A stretch of DNA of 64,000 nt from a candidate division FCPU426 bacterium (lineage in GTDB: Bacteria; Oederibacteriota; Muellerivitia; Muellerivitales; Muellerivitaceae). The notes under the pieces were generated by a model. The model was not told where the DNA came from, searched no databases, and saw only the letters and a list, made by a program, of their open reading frames with translations. Every line of letters starts with the position of its first letter. Positions within the stretch are counted from its first letter, which is position 1. Shown piece after piece: positions 1 through 9,364 of this stretch. The position numbers and the translations under genes were made by a program. The DNA is taken from positions 47,962 through 111,961 of the forward strand of contig CAVTWJ010000010.1 in assembly GCA_963738405.1 (NCBI GenBank). The letters are read 5' to 3'.

Positions 1-1
1 A

Positions 2-370
2 AAAGTTTCCCAGGTTTCCGATAGGGTTTGGGCGCGAATTGAGTCCTGCCTTTCTGAGCGGGAGTCTTCTTGGTTGAATCATAAGGTGTGGCGCCCGCTG
101 GGCCATCCGATCCGCTGGGTTATGGCGGCTAGTTTTCTTTTTTTGGCTTTGGGTGCTGCCGTTTACCAAAACCAGTTTAAAGAACAGATGGACCTAAATG
201 CCTATCTTCTGAACATCTCCAACCCGGCCGAAAATATCGCCAAGGATTCGGGTGAGGTAAGGATTTCTTCCATCATTTCGGAAACTCCCAGCCAGGAGGG
301 CGCGGTGATTTTAATCGGCGATGATGAGCACCCAGCTGTTCAAATAAGCGGGGATGACCTGCTGCTTTGA
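2..370 (+). CDS. Probable membrane-anchored anti-sigma factor, 5'-truncated by the window edge
   Basis: Frame is open from base 2 (KVSQVSDRVWARIESCL...), followed by one TM helix (WVMAASFLFLALGAAV). It precedes a Spy/CpxP-like gene, as in ECF sigma/anti-sigma/periplasmic operons. Confidence 0.5.
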   Translation, partial: KVSQVSDRVWARIESCLSERESSWLNHKVWRPLGHPIRWVMAASFLFLALGAAVYQNQFKEQMDLNAYLLNISNPAENIAKDSGEVRISSIISETPSQEGAVILIGDDEHPAVQISGDDLLL

Positions 371-401
371 TCCATCAACCTGCAGGGACAAGGGGTTCAA
401 A

Positions 402-881
402 ATGAGTAATACTCGATGGGCTTTGGCCTTTATCCTGGGAATGATTTTTTGCGGTCCCTCCGCTGCGGTTTCAGAAAACGCTTCTACGGTTTCGGATGGA
501 AAAGCCAAGCCCGCTGAAACCGAATTGGGTCAAATCCCACGGTTTCAAATCCTCAAGAAGCTTCAGTTAACCCCCAAACAAATGGACCGGCTCTACACTC
601 TGCGCGCCCATTACCGAAAAACAGACGCTGAATTAAAAGGGAAACTTCAGGTAAAACAGGTGGAACTGGAAAATGAGTTGGAAAAGCCCAGTCCCGAGCC
701 CTTAAAAATTGATCAAATCACCGGCGAAATTGGGGTGCTTTACGGCCAGCGCATCGCTCTGAAAGCCAAATCCAATATTGAATTGGAAGACAATATTCTC
801 ACCCCCGATCAAGAGGAAAAACTGAAAGAAATTGAGTCGAAGGTTTTGACTCCCGAATCAACCGCAAACCCCAAAAATTAA
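402..881 (+). CDS. Spy/CpxP (LTXXQ)-family periplasmic protein
   Basis: Signal peptide after ATG 402 (SD AGGGG upstream); LQLTPKQ and ILTPDQ motifs; helical. Confidence 0.75.
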   Translation: MSNTRWALAFILGMIFCGPSAAVSENASTVSDGKAKPAETELGQIPRFQILKKLQLTPKQMDRLYTLRAHYRKTDAELKGKLQVKQVELENELEKPSPEPLKIDQITGEIGVLYGQRIALKAKSNIELEDNILTPDQEEKLKEIESKVLTPESTANPKN

Positions 882-992
882 CAATTAAAATTGCGCTTTG
901 AGAAAGATTTACCCAAAGTGCGACTTTCTTAAGATGTCTGAAAAAACTGGACGGCAAATTTTATCCATTTTTTTCTTTCAATTCGTTTAACT

Positions 993-1020
993 TTGACAAT
1001 TTGACTGTTAGAAGTAAAAT
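993..1020 (+). promoter_or_regulatory. Sigma70 promoter, possibly giving a leaderless mRNA
   Basis: TTGACA(993-998)-N16-TAAAAT(1015-1020); ATG 1028 is 7 nt downstream. Confidence 0.55.
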
Positions 1021-1027
1021 TTAATAC

Positions 1028-1591
1028 ATGAGCCTTTTGATTATGAACCTCGCCTCCCCCTTCCTGAACTACCTGAAAAGGCTGGTGACAGGTATTGAGT
1101 TCAAAAAGTTCAAGGACGCCGTCCGCCGCAATCCCAATGACCACCTCTTAAGGGTTCGTTTCGCTAAGTTCTGTCTGAACCAATATTTCGACGAAAAGGG
1201 CAAGTCCAAAATGCACGGAGTGGAAGCGGTCAATCAATTTGAGAATATCAACCATTCTGAAGTGATGGACTTGGAAGTTTATTATTTGATGGGGAAGTTT
1301 TATCAGGGTCAAAACAATGAAAAGGCCATCGCAATTTACCGGAAGGGAATTACCCGTTATAACGAGTTTTCCACAAAGAACTTGGATTTCCGGCACGAGT
1401 ATGTGGAACTGGCTTTTTCCATCGCCTTGAATTTGCTGCACCTTGAAAACAATCAGGCCGACCCTGAATTGGAGAAATTTTTCAAAGTTATCCGAAGGAC
1501 TTATCTCAAGAGATTTTTTGACGAAAAAATGGGTTTTGGCCCCGAGATTCTTGGCGGAGCCCACGGCGATGTCCGCCCCATTGCCAACTAA
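1028..1591 (+). CDS. Hypothetical TPR-like helical protein
   Basis: AVRRNPND and VYYLMGKFYQG..NEKAIAIYRKGI resemble TPR helices. Confidence 0.55.
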   Translation: MSLLIMNLASPFLNYLKRLVTGIEFKKFKDAVRRNPNDHLLRVRFAKFCLNQYFDEKGKSKMHGVEAVNQFENINHSEVMDLEVYYLMGKFYQGQNNEKAIAIYRKGITRYNEFSTKNLDFRHEYVELAFSIALNLLHLENNQADPELEKFFKVIRRTYLKRFFDEKMGFGPEILGGAHGDVRPIAN

Positions 1592-1659
1592 GCTTCCTAC
1601 CTAAAATCCTTTATCTCCCTGTCTTTACCGGTTCTTTACCCGCCCTTTTTTGATTTTTT

Positions 1660-2274
1660 CTAAACTAACGGCTTAATTTTATCGGCTAGGGTCATGAGGC
1701 TCCAGGCGAGGATAAAGCCGACCCCTAAGAAAAAAATATAAAGTCCAGGGCTGAAAAAGGGGAAATGGGGCCCGGCCACCATGCAAAAAACCAAGGGAAC
1801 AGATAAATAAGCGTTCAACCGGGACGCCTTAACCGCTCGCGGCCCCAGGAAAGGGGGAACGGGCTGTCCTGTTTTGATCCCCTGGATGATCTTGCGCTGG
1901 CAAGGCCAGATGATAAACCAGACGTTGAACCACATGAGGGTTCCAAAGGCCATCCCGGTCAAAATCCAGTAGCCGGGGGGGCTGTTGAGGTCCCGGACGT
2001 GGCCCGGCGCCAAGTAAACCAAGTAAAGAAGCGCCAAACCTAAGATAAAGGTGGCCATAGCGGCCCAGCGGAAAAAGAAAAGGGCGCGGGGCATCAATTC
2101 GGGCACGACCTTTTGCCGGGTTTCAGAAGTGAGGGTCTTGTTGAAGGGGCCGTTGACAAGGTTAAAAAAATACAATAAACCCACCCAAACAATGCTCGAA
2201 ACAACATGAAGCCACCGGATGATGATTTCGGCAAGGTAACCGGGTCCAATATCCATTTTTTCCTCCAGATCCAT
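1660..2274 (-). CDS. Urate_ox_N/PuuD-like integral membrane protein lacking the cytochrome c domain
   Basis: RWLHVVSSIVWVGLLYFFN, FRWAAMATFILG and LMWFNVWFIIWPCQRK are characteristic motifs; no CxxCH. Confidence 0.7.
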   Translation of the reverse strand: MDLEEKMDIGPGYLAEIIIRWLHVVSSIVWVGLLYFFNLVNGPFNKTLTSETRQKVVPELMPRALFFFRWAAMATFILGLALLYLVYLAPGHVRDLNSPPGYWILTGMAFGTLMWFNVWFIIWPCQRKIIQGIKTGQPVPPFLGPRAVKASRLNAYLSVPLVFCMVAGPHFPFFSPGLYIFFLGVGFILAWSLMTLADKIKPLV

Positions 2275-2445
2275 TGTCCTAAGAACGAAATCCTACGGTA
2301 GGGATGAAGTGGGGCCCTGTCAAGCAATGGGCCGGAAAGGGCTTTGTATTTTTCGTTTTGATTCCTTGAAGGCTTTTGTGCATGATGAAGGCCTGCCCCT
2401 TTTAGTTTGGGGAAGAATCAAGTCAATTCAGGGATTTAAGACTGC

Positions 2446-3315
2446 ATGAACGAATGTGAACAGTTGCACCCCCATCTGCGGGGGTACTTGGATGATCGGT
2501 TAACCGCCCGGGACCGCCGTATGGTGGCTCGTCATCTCAATCTTTGCGCCAACGCCCGCAAGGAACTGGATCGGCTCCGCCAAGGGGTCAAACCCGCGAC
2601 CGTTTTGGACCAGCCCTTGAACGTGCCTTGGGATCAAAAAATTCTTAATTGGATGTTTCGGCCAAAACCGGTCAAGGATGATCCTCCCCCGGGTCTTTCC
2701 ACAAAATCCCCCAAACGCCGTTCGGGTTCAATCCCTTCATCTTCCACTGAATCTCCCTCGGCACCACCGCCCAAGAACCCCTCCCTTTTACGAAGCCCAC
2801 TACTTTGGTTCATGGTTCTTCTTTTGGGACTCATCTTTTTGACCCATCTGGTACAAAACGCCGGCCAATACAAAAGTCTCGTGAGCATTCAGCGATGGAT
2901 GGCCCGCCAGGGGATTTCTTTTTTTGGACCCAAATCCACTTTGGATTTGGTCATGGACGTGACCCTTCCCCATTGGGAGGGTGACGATTCTCCTGTTGGT
3001 TTTGAATACGGGGATATTGTCAGGGATCAGGAGCATTTACAGGTTTACTGGATGCTTCTGGAACCCGGAGTGGATATGCCCCAGATCGATTTTACCAAAA
3101 ACGTTCTAGTACTACGTTTTCTGGGTCAGAAGCCAACACCCGGGTATGGGATCAAATTCAAACGGTTGGAGGATTATTCGGACAAGACCCTGGTTTATTA
3201 CGACGAATGGGGCCCCTCAGCGGCCTCGACCCTGACGGGGGACACCCGGCCCTGGACACTCCAAGTCATTCCAAAACCTCCCCAGGAACCTTTGCTTCAA
3301 CAGAAAATTCAGTGA
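2446..3315 (+). CDS. zf-HC2 anti-sigma-like N-terminus + TM + PrcB C-terminal-like domain
   Basis: MNCEQ..L..YLDDRL...VARHLNLCANA; TM helix; PQIDFTKNVLVLRFLGQKPTPGYGI...TRPWTLQVIPK. Confidence 0.6.
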   Translation: MNECEQLHPHLRGYLDDRLTARDRRMVARHLNLCANARKELDRLRQGVKPATVLDQPLNVPWDQKILNWMFRPKPVKDDPPPGLSTKSPKRRSGSIPSSSTESPSAPPPKNPSLLRSPLLWFMVLLLGLIFLTHLVQNAGQYKSLVSIQRWMARQGISFFGPKSTLDLVMDVTLPHWEGDDSPVGFEYGDIVRDQEHLQVYWMLLEPGVDMPQIDFTKNVLVLRFLGQKPTPGYGIKFKRLEDYSDKTLVYYDEWGPSAASTLTGDTRPWTLQVIPKPPQEPLLQQKIQ

Positions 3316-3413
3316 AGAAGGGGCCCCTGGCCTTTAAGATTTGTTGAAAAACTCGGTTATCCTCTGTCGTGAATAATTCCCCTCATTAGGAACTTAGGTT
3401 CAAGGAGACTGTT

Positions 3414-4508
3414 TTGAAAATAGGTATTGTGGGTCTGCCCAACGTCGGCAAATCGACTCTTTTTAACGCCATCACCAAGTCCAAGGCTCCCGCGGAAAAT
3501 TATCCCTTTTGCACCATCGAGCCCAATGTGGGGGTCGTGACGGTGCCGGATGATCGAATCGACCATTTGGCCGAGATGGAAAAGAGCGGCAAGAGGGTCC
3601 CCGCCATTGTTGAGTTCGTGGATATCGCCGGGCTTGTCAAGGGCGCCGCCCAGGGCGAGGGCCTGGGGAACAAATTTCTCTCCCATATACGCGAAGTCGA
3701 CGCCATCGCCATGGTAGTGCGATGCTTTGAAGACGCCAATATTGTTCACGTCGAAGGCTCCATTGATCCCGTTCGGGATATTGAAATTATTTTGACCGAA
3801 CTGTGTCTGGCGGACCTGGAAACGGTAGAAAAACGCCTGCAGAGAACGGAAAAGGGTAAAAAGGCCGGGGATAAGGAAGCCGTCGCCGAATGGGACCTAT
3901 TTCAATCGGTTAAGAATATTCTCCAAGAAGGCAAGCCTGCTATTACGCTTACGGCTTCTCCCGAGGAAGAAAAAAAGTTAAAAGAATTAAGCCTTTTGAC
4001 TCGAAAGCCTTTCCTTTATGTCGGCAATGTCGCAGAGGGTGACTTGATGGATGTTTCGAAGAATAAGCCGTTTGAGGCCCTTCAAAAGTACGCTGCCAGC
4101 CACCAGGCTTCCTGCCTCCCCATTTCAGCCAAAATTGAATCCGAGGTGGCCGAATTGCCTGAGGAAGAGGCGGTTCAATTTTTGGCGGATTTGGGAATCA
4201 AGGAAAGAGGGCTTCACGCCATCATCCGCAAATCCTATGAGACTTTGGGGCTTATTTCCTTCTTCACCGCCGGACCCATGGAATCCAAGGCCTGGACCAT
4301 CACCAAGGGCACTCTGGCGCCCCAAGCGGCTGGAAAGATTCACTCGGAAATCGAGAGAGGCTTCATCAAGGCTGAGGTTTATTCTTATGAGGACCTTATC
4401 GCGGCGGGAACGTCCGTTAAGGCCAAGGAAGCGGGCAAACTCCGAACCGAGGGCAAGGAATATGTCATGAAAGACGGGGATGTGGTGCATTTCAGGTTCA
4501 ACGTTTAG
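3414..4508 (+). CDS. ychF: Redox-regulated ATPase YchF (Obg family)
   Basis: [57 protein letters not shown] start with SD AAGGAG. Confidence 0.97.
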   Translation: MKIGIVGLPNVGKSTLFNAITKSKAPAENYPFCTIEPNVGVVTVPDDRIDHLAEMEKSGKRVPAIVEFVDIAGLVKGAAQGEGLGNKFLSHIREVDAIAMVVRCFEDANIVHVEGSIDPVRDIEIILTELCLADLETVEKRLQRTEKGKKAGDKEAVAEWDLFQSVKNILQEGKPAITLTASPEEEKKLKELSLLTRKPFLYVGNVAEGDLMDVSKNKPFEALQKYAASHQASCLPISAKIESEVAELPEEEAVQFLADLGIKERGLHAIIRKSYETLGLISFFTAGPMESKAWTITKGTLAPQAAGKIHSEIERGFIKAEVYSYEDLIAAGTSVKAKEAGKLRTEGKEYVMKDGDVVHFRFNV

Positions 4509-4510
4509 GG

Positions 4511-5026
4511 GTGAAAATGAAAAAAATCCTTTTGGCCGTTGTCTTATTCGCTTTCGTTTCCAGTGCGCGCGCGGGAAACGACGCTTTGTCCCAGGCGAGT
4601 TCCGCGCCGCTGGGCGAGCGGGTGGCCAATTATTTGCAAACGATGATGATGGTTAAGACTGCTATTTGGGAACAGAACCGCCCTGTGGACATGGATTACC
4701 GAGAGGAAATCCATATGGCGGTCAGCTACGAGCCTTCTGAAAAACTGATCGGCGTGTCCGTGATCGGCGTCCAGGATGATTCGAATTATGTAAAATCTCT
4801 TTTGGAGAGAATTCGCAAAACCATGCTTTCCTTCGATAAAAAGCTAAAGAACGATTATGGGGTCGAATTGACAGAGTCCGATTTTTCACTGGCTTACCTG
4901 AATGTCCGGTCCGGAAAAATCATCCTTCGGTTGAAGGAAACGGAAGTGGGTGAACCGACACCCTCTGTAACTCCGGAAGCGGAGCCTCCCCAGACTCCCA
5001 ACGCGTCGGCACCCCAGACCCCGTGA
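4511..5026 (+). CDS. Secreted hypothetical protein, paralog 1
   Basis: Signal peptide; shares PLGERVANYLQ with the next gene. Confidence 0.7.
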   Translation: MKMKKILLAVVLFAFVSSARAGNDALSQASSAPLGERVANYLQTMMMVKTAIWEQNRPVDMDYREEIHMAVSYEPSEKLIGVSVIGVQDDSNYVKSLLERIRKTMLSFDKKLKNDYGVELTESDFSLAYLNVRSGKIILRLKETEVGEPTPSVTPEAEPPQTPNASAPQTP

Positions 5027-5532
5027 AAACTTTTAAATTTTTCTTGTTGGCGGGGGTGTTTCTCGCGATCGGAATGGCCCGCGCCGCCAATGACGATTTG
5101 GGTGCGTCGGACAGCGTTCCCGTCGGCGAAAGGGTGGCCAATTATCTTCAAATGATGGTGACGGCCACTACACAAGCCATGCCCTTGAAGCCCAAGGCCA
5201 AATACCCAAATCAGGAACAGGAGCCCATCCGGGCCGTCATTATCTATAACCCGGATGAGGAAAGGCTGGATGTGACGCTGGTAGGAAGCTTGGAAAACAC
5301 GGAAGCTGTAAAAGAAGATTTCGCTTTCATGCGCAGGTTGATTTTGGGTTTTAATAAGAAGTTGGACTATTACTACGAGGTCACGCTCTCGGATGATGAT
5401 ATCAACCTCGAATACCATAACGTTCCCAAGAACAAAACCATCCTCAAGTATGAAAACGGCCTCTATACAACCCCCGAAAAGGGCAAAGAGGATGAAAAGA
5501 AAACCCCTGAAATTTCCGGTGAAAGACCTTAA
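5023..5532 (+). CDS. Secreted hypothetical protein, paralog 2
   Basis: Signal peptide; PVGERVANYLQ; GTGA overlap with the previous gene. Confidence 0.7.
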   Translation: MKTFKFFLLAGVFLAIGMARAANDDLGASDSVPVGERVANYLQMMVTATTQAMPLKPKAKYPNQEQEPIRAVIIYNPDEERLDVTLVGSLENTEAVKEDFAFMRRLILGFNKKLDYYYEVTLSDDDINLEYHNVPKNKTILKYENGLYTTPEKGKEDEKKTPEISGERP

Positions 5533-6214
5533 CTCCCTGCTGGGACGGTCCCTTATTCTTCTTGGCCTTCTTTTATCGCCTTACGTAGTACATTCCCAAC
5601 AGCCCTCTATCGAGGCTTCTATGAAAAATTTGGCTACCAATCCCCATTTTGTTGAAATCTCCCATTGGGAGGGCGTGACAGTCGATTTGAAATACGGTAC
5701 TACGGACAATTTCACCCATAAGAACCTCTACGGCCCTTTTAAAAAATGCTATGTCCATAAAATCACCGCCGAAAAATTTAAGAAGGCAATCGAGTTTCTT
5801 CACGAAAACAATCCGGGTTACAAGTTCATCATCTTTGACGCCCTCCGGCCCCGGTCGGTCCAGTGGAAACTCTGGAATGTGGTGAAGGGTACATCCCGGC
5901 AGAAATACGTGGCCGACCCCGAAAAGGGGTCCATGCACAACTACGGCTTCGCCATGGACATCGGGCTTTTGGACCCAAAGGGGAAGCTGGTCGACATGGG
6001 GGCGCCCTTTGACGGGTTCACGCCCCTTTCCGAACCCCAGTTGGAAAGCCGCCTGCTCAAAGAGGGCAAACTCACCCAAAGGCAAATCGACCATCGGATG
6101 ATTTTAAGGAAGGCCATGGTGTGGGCGGGTTTCCGCCAACTGCGCCACGAATGGTGGCACTACGATGCCCTGACCGAAGAGCAGGTAAGGGGAAAGTACG
6201 AGATTGTGGAATAG
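5519..6214 (+). CDS. D-Ala-D-Ala dipeptidase (VanX/DdpX, peptidase M15D) with signal peptide
   Basis: DLKYGTTDNF, IFDALRPRSVQ, SMHNYGFAMD (SxHxxGxAxD), EWWHY; likely GTG start at 5519. Confidence 0.88.
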   Translation: MKDLNSLLGRSLILLGLLLSPYVVHSQQPSIEASMKNLATNPHFVEISHWEGVTVDLKYGTTDNFTHKNLYGPFKKCYVHKITAEKFKKAIEFLHENNPGYKFIIFDALRPRSVQWKLWNVVKGTSRQKYVADPEKGSMHNYGFAMDIGLLDPKGKLVDMGAPFDGFTPLSEPQLESRLLKEGKLTQRQIDHRMILRKAMVWAGFRQLRHEWWHYDALTEEQVRGKYEIVE

Positions 6215-6218
6215 AGTT

Positions 6219-8195
6219 TTAATGGCTGCTTGAGGGTTTTAAATCGTAAAGCTGAAGAATGATCCTGCCGGGTTGGTTCTTGAAGCCTCTCAAAATCGCC
6301 TTATGAGTAAAGGTTTTTGGATGTGGCGTTGGTCCCTCCCAAAGGGCTGAGTCCACCCTCTTTCCGTGCTTCTCCACCCACTTGGCGATCTCACTTTTTT
6401 TACCAGTCGTTTGGGGCAATAGGATGTAACGAAGTTTCCCTTCCCCCACCCTTTGCGCGAATTCATCCCTCGATAGGATTGGTTCCTTGCCCGTGTAACC
6501 GCCAACAGCCACCGCAGGTTCACAGGTTTGGATAATGATGGGCGCGACCGTCTGGCAGTTAAGGGCCGCGACAAGATAAGTTTCATTCTTGCGGTGGGTT
6601 TTTAAGAAGGCTATGAGTTTGGGGAGATTAAAATCCGGTTCGTTGCTTTGGATTGTCGCCAAACTCTTGTCGCTGGTTAAAAGCCAAGGGCCGGCTATCA
6701 CCGATGACGCCGAGCCTAATACTGGTGTTAAAGCCCAGAATGCGGGGCAAATGAGTAGGGTCAATATCCCCAAACCGAAAGCGGCAACTTGGAATCGGCT
6801 GATAATAAGTCCCCCCAGTGATAAAGCCGTCCCGATTAAAAGGATCGGACAAAGCTGGGACGTCCAATCGGGATATTGGGAAAGGATAAAGGCCTGCCAG
6901 AGTGCAGTCGAACATAGGGCCAGAAGCAACGGCGCGCGGAAACCTTTTAAATAATCTTCCCATAAAGCTTTGGCCCCAACGCCCGTTAGGGCGGCCAAGG
7001 CCGGAACCAGCACCACCAGGTAATAGGGATGGACTTTCCCCCTCATGAAGCTGAAAACCGCCCCATAAAAGAACAGCCAGCCCAGCCAAAAGATCAGGAA
7101 TGAATGTGGGGCAGATAGGGGAAAGGTTAATCGGGTGCGTCGTGCTTCGGCCCATAAACCCATAAGGGCTAGGGGCAGAAACCAGGCCATCTGCCCCGGC
7201 ATATCCTTCAAGGCCAACCGAAAAAGCCCCGGTGTACCGCTGTTCAAGCCGCTCCAGTGGCGGGAAAGGGGTGGACGCGATGTGGAAACTTTTGAATCTT
7301 CTGAAGATGAATCTTTGAATTGAGCGTCGCCATTTCGAGAGATGGTTCTCCCGGAATTCCCTGAAATATCAGGCCTGTTTCGGGTTACCAACCTTTGAAA
7401 CCCATTCCAGCCTAGGGAAAGGCCCATTTCGGAATTATCCAGGGTGCTTCCCACGAAGGGCCTCTGAGCGGCAGGGGTCAAGTCCACGGCGAAAGGCCAG
7501 GAAAAGGATACGGCCAATAGAATGAGAGTGCCGATGGTAAGGTCACTCCATTTGCGAAACCGGGAGAGGGAGGGACCGGCTAGGTAAACAAAATAAAAGA
7601 CGGGAAGAACAACAAAAGCCGCCATCATCTTGGTATTGAACCCAACTCCGACCAATGCCAGGGACAGGTAAAGAAGTTTTCGGTTTCCAGTTTCGATGGA
7701 ACGGATGAGGGCCCAAGCTGCCAGGACCAGTATTAAGACCAGGCAGGAATCGGTGTAGTTGTAGCGGTCTACCGCGACGCTCACAGGGGAAAGGGCTATG
7801 GCCAAGGCCGAAAACAGGGCGGCCCAAACGCCGAAACGGCTCCGGACGAGAAGGTAAATCACAACTAGGGTGCAGAGTCCTTCCAAAACCTGGGGAAGGA
7901 TGAGGGAAAAGCCGCTGTAACCCAGAATTTTAGCGAAGGCGGTTTGAATCCAAAAGGCGACGGGGGGTTTATCGATACTTAAAAATCCAGCCGGATCAAA
8001 GGACGCGAAGAAGAAATTGTGCCAGTTCATGGTCATGCTTCGTACGGCCGCGGCGTAATAGAAGTTGCCGGTTCCGTTTTTATCCAGGTCCCATAGGCGT
8101 AGACTGGCACCCAACAGAAGAATGGAGGCGAAACCTATTGGCTCCAAAAATTTAGAAGGGAATATGTTTAGCGAATGGGAGGATGTTGGTTTCAT
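6219..8195 (-). CDS. Glycosyltransferase family 39 / ArnT-PMT_2-like membrane protein (YkcB-like)
   Basis: YYAAAVRSM..WHNFFFASFDPAGFLSIDKPPVAFW, GFNTKMM, HPYY; many TM helices. Confidence 0.85.
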   Translation of the reverse strand: MKPTSSHSLNIFPSKFLEPIGFASILLLGASLRLWDLDKNGTGNFYYAAAVRSMTMNWHNFFFASFDPAGFLSIDKPPVAFWIQTAFAKILGYSGFSLILPQVLEGLCTLVVIYLLVRSRFGVWAALFSALAIALSPVSVAVDRYNYTDSCLVLILVLAAWALIRSIETGNRKLLYLSLALVGVGFNTKMMAAFVVLPVFYFVYLAGPSLSRFRKWSDLTIGTLILLAVSFSWPFAVDLTPAAQRPFVGSTLDNSEMGLSLGWNGFQRLVTRNRPDISGNSGRTISRNGDAQFKDSSSEDSKVSTSRPPLSRHWSGLNSGTPGLFRLALKDMPGQMAWFLPLALMGLWAEARRTRLTFPLSAPHSFLIFWLGWLFFYGAVFSFMRGKVHPYYLVVLVPALAALTGVGAKALWEDYLKGFRAPLLLALCSTALWQAFILSQYPDWTSQLCPILLIGTALSLGGLIISRFQVAAFGLGILTLLICPAFWALTPVLGSASSVIAGPWLLTSDKSLATIQSNEPDFNLPKLIAFLKTHRKNETYLVAALNCQTVAPIIIQTCEPAVAVGGYTGKEPILSRDEFAQRVGEGKLRYILLPQTTGKKSEIAKWVEKHGKRVDSALWEGPTPHPKTFTHKAILRGFKNQPGRIILQLYDLKPSSSH

Positions 8196-8278
8196 AGGAG
8201 TCTGGACAGAACAAGGTGTTTGCCCGGCTCAAGAGTAATAAAAAGATAAGCCGGGATGGAGATGAGATTTAGGATGAT

Positions 8279-8599
8279 TTAAGCACGTATATCGATGCGT
8301 TTAGAGAGGGCTTCACCAAAGCCGGAGGGGCTGTCGTCCTCTTGTAAGGTCCCGTCTTTGTTGTATCGCTGAAGCCGCAAATCCTTGGGCTGGTCCTTCT
8401 TGTCCGTTTTACCGTCTGTTGAAATTTCACGAACGGTTTTGTCTTTCATTTCTTCGACTTTTTGGAGTTCAGCCAGTTCTTCCTCGGCTTGGGCGCGGGC
8501 CCTTTCGGCCTGGCGGTTTTTATTGGCTTCCGCTACCTGCTGGGCCAACATGGCGTTTTGAGCCTGGATTCTAAGAAAATCGTTTTGGATGTTCTTCAT
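8279..8599 (-). CDS. Hypothetical charged protein ending in IDIRA
   Basis: ORF with SD-like AAGGA upstream, directly downstream of nth; Q/E/K-rich. Confidence 0.6.
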   Translation of the reverse strand: MKNIQNDFLRIQAQNAMLAQQVAEANKNRQAERARAQAEEELAELQKVEEMKDKTVREISTDGKTDKKDQPKDLRLQRYNKDGTLQEDDSPSGFGEALSKRIDIRA

Positions 8600-8619
8600 T
8601 GGCTCGATTCCTTAACTGA

Positions 8620-9258
8620 TTACAAATACATTTTAGAAGAGGGGCAAATCTTTGCCAAGGTACAGATACTACAGAGGGGTTTGCGGGCATCACAAACCTT
8701 GCGGCCATGCTGGATGAGACGATGTGATATCGTCAACCATTCCTCTTTCGGCACGATTTTCACCAAATCCCGCTCAATTTTTACGGCATCCTGGTGCTTG
8801 GTCCACCCCAGGCGGTTGCTAAGCCGGGTCACGTGGGTATCAACCGTGATTCCAACCGAAATGCCATAGACTTCCCCTAAAACCACATTGGCAGTTTTTC
8901 GCCCCACGCCGGGAATCAAGATGAGTTCTTCCATGGTTTTAGGGAGGTTCCCTCCGTGATGGGCCAAAAGGGCCTGGGCGCAGCCGATCAGATTTTTCGC
9001 CTTGTTCTTATAAAAACCAGTTGAATGGATGATTTTTTCCACGTCCTTCTGTTTCGCGGGAGCGAGTTTTTCGGGAGTGGGGAAGACCTTGAATAGCTCA
9101 GGCGTGACAATATTGACCCGCTCGTCGGTGCATTGAGCGGAAAGAATGACAGAGCAGAGCAACTGAAAAGGCGTTTTGTAATGTAGGAAACAGCGAACAT
9201 CGGGATAGAGGCGTTTGAGCTCTTTGAGGACTCTGAGAAAATTTGAATTTGAAGCCAT
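8620..9258 (-). CDS. nth: Endonuclease III
   Basis: ILSAQCTD, HhH motif LIPGVGRKTANVVL, VDTHV, 4Fe-4S motif CDARKPLCSICTLAKICPS. Confidence 0.96.
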   Translation of the reverse strand: MASNSNFLRVLKELKRLYPDVRCFLHYKTPFQLLCSVILSAQCTDERVNIVTPELFKVFPTPEKLAPAKQKDVEKIIHSTGFYKNKAKNLIGCAQALLAHHGGNLPKTMEELILIPGVGRKTANVVLGEVYGISVGITVDTHVTRLSNRLGWTKHQDAVKIERDLVKIVPKEEWLTISHRLIQHGRKVCDARKPLCSICTLAKICPSSKMYL

Positions 9259-9287
9259 TGAGTTCCTTATGTTTTTGTCCGGTGGCC

Positions 9288-9316
9288 TTGTTACCCTTTT
9301 GGGCGGTTCCTATAAT
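9288..9316 (+). promoter_or_regulatory. Sigma70 promoter of the ABC operon
   Basis: TTGTTA-N17-TATAAT, 48 nt upstream of ATG 9365. Confidence 0.55.
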
Positions 9317-9364
9317 GACGCCCGCTCACCTTAACTTCCTCACAATAAGGACTACCCAAAGCCT

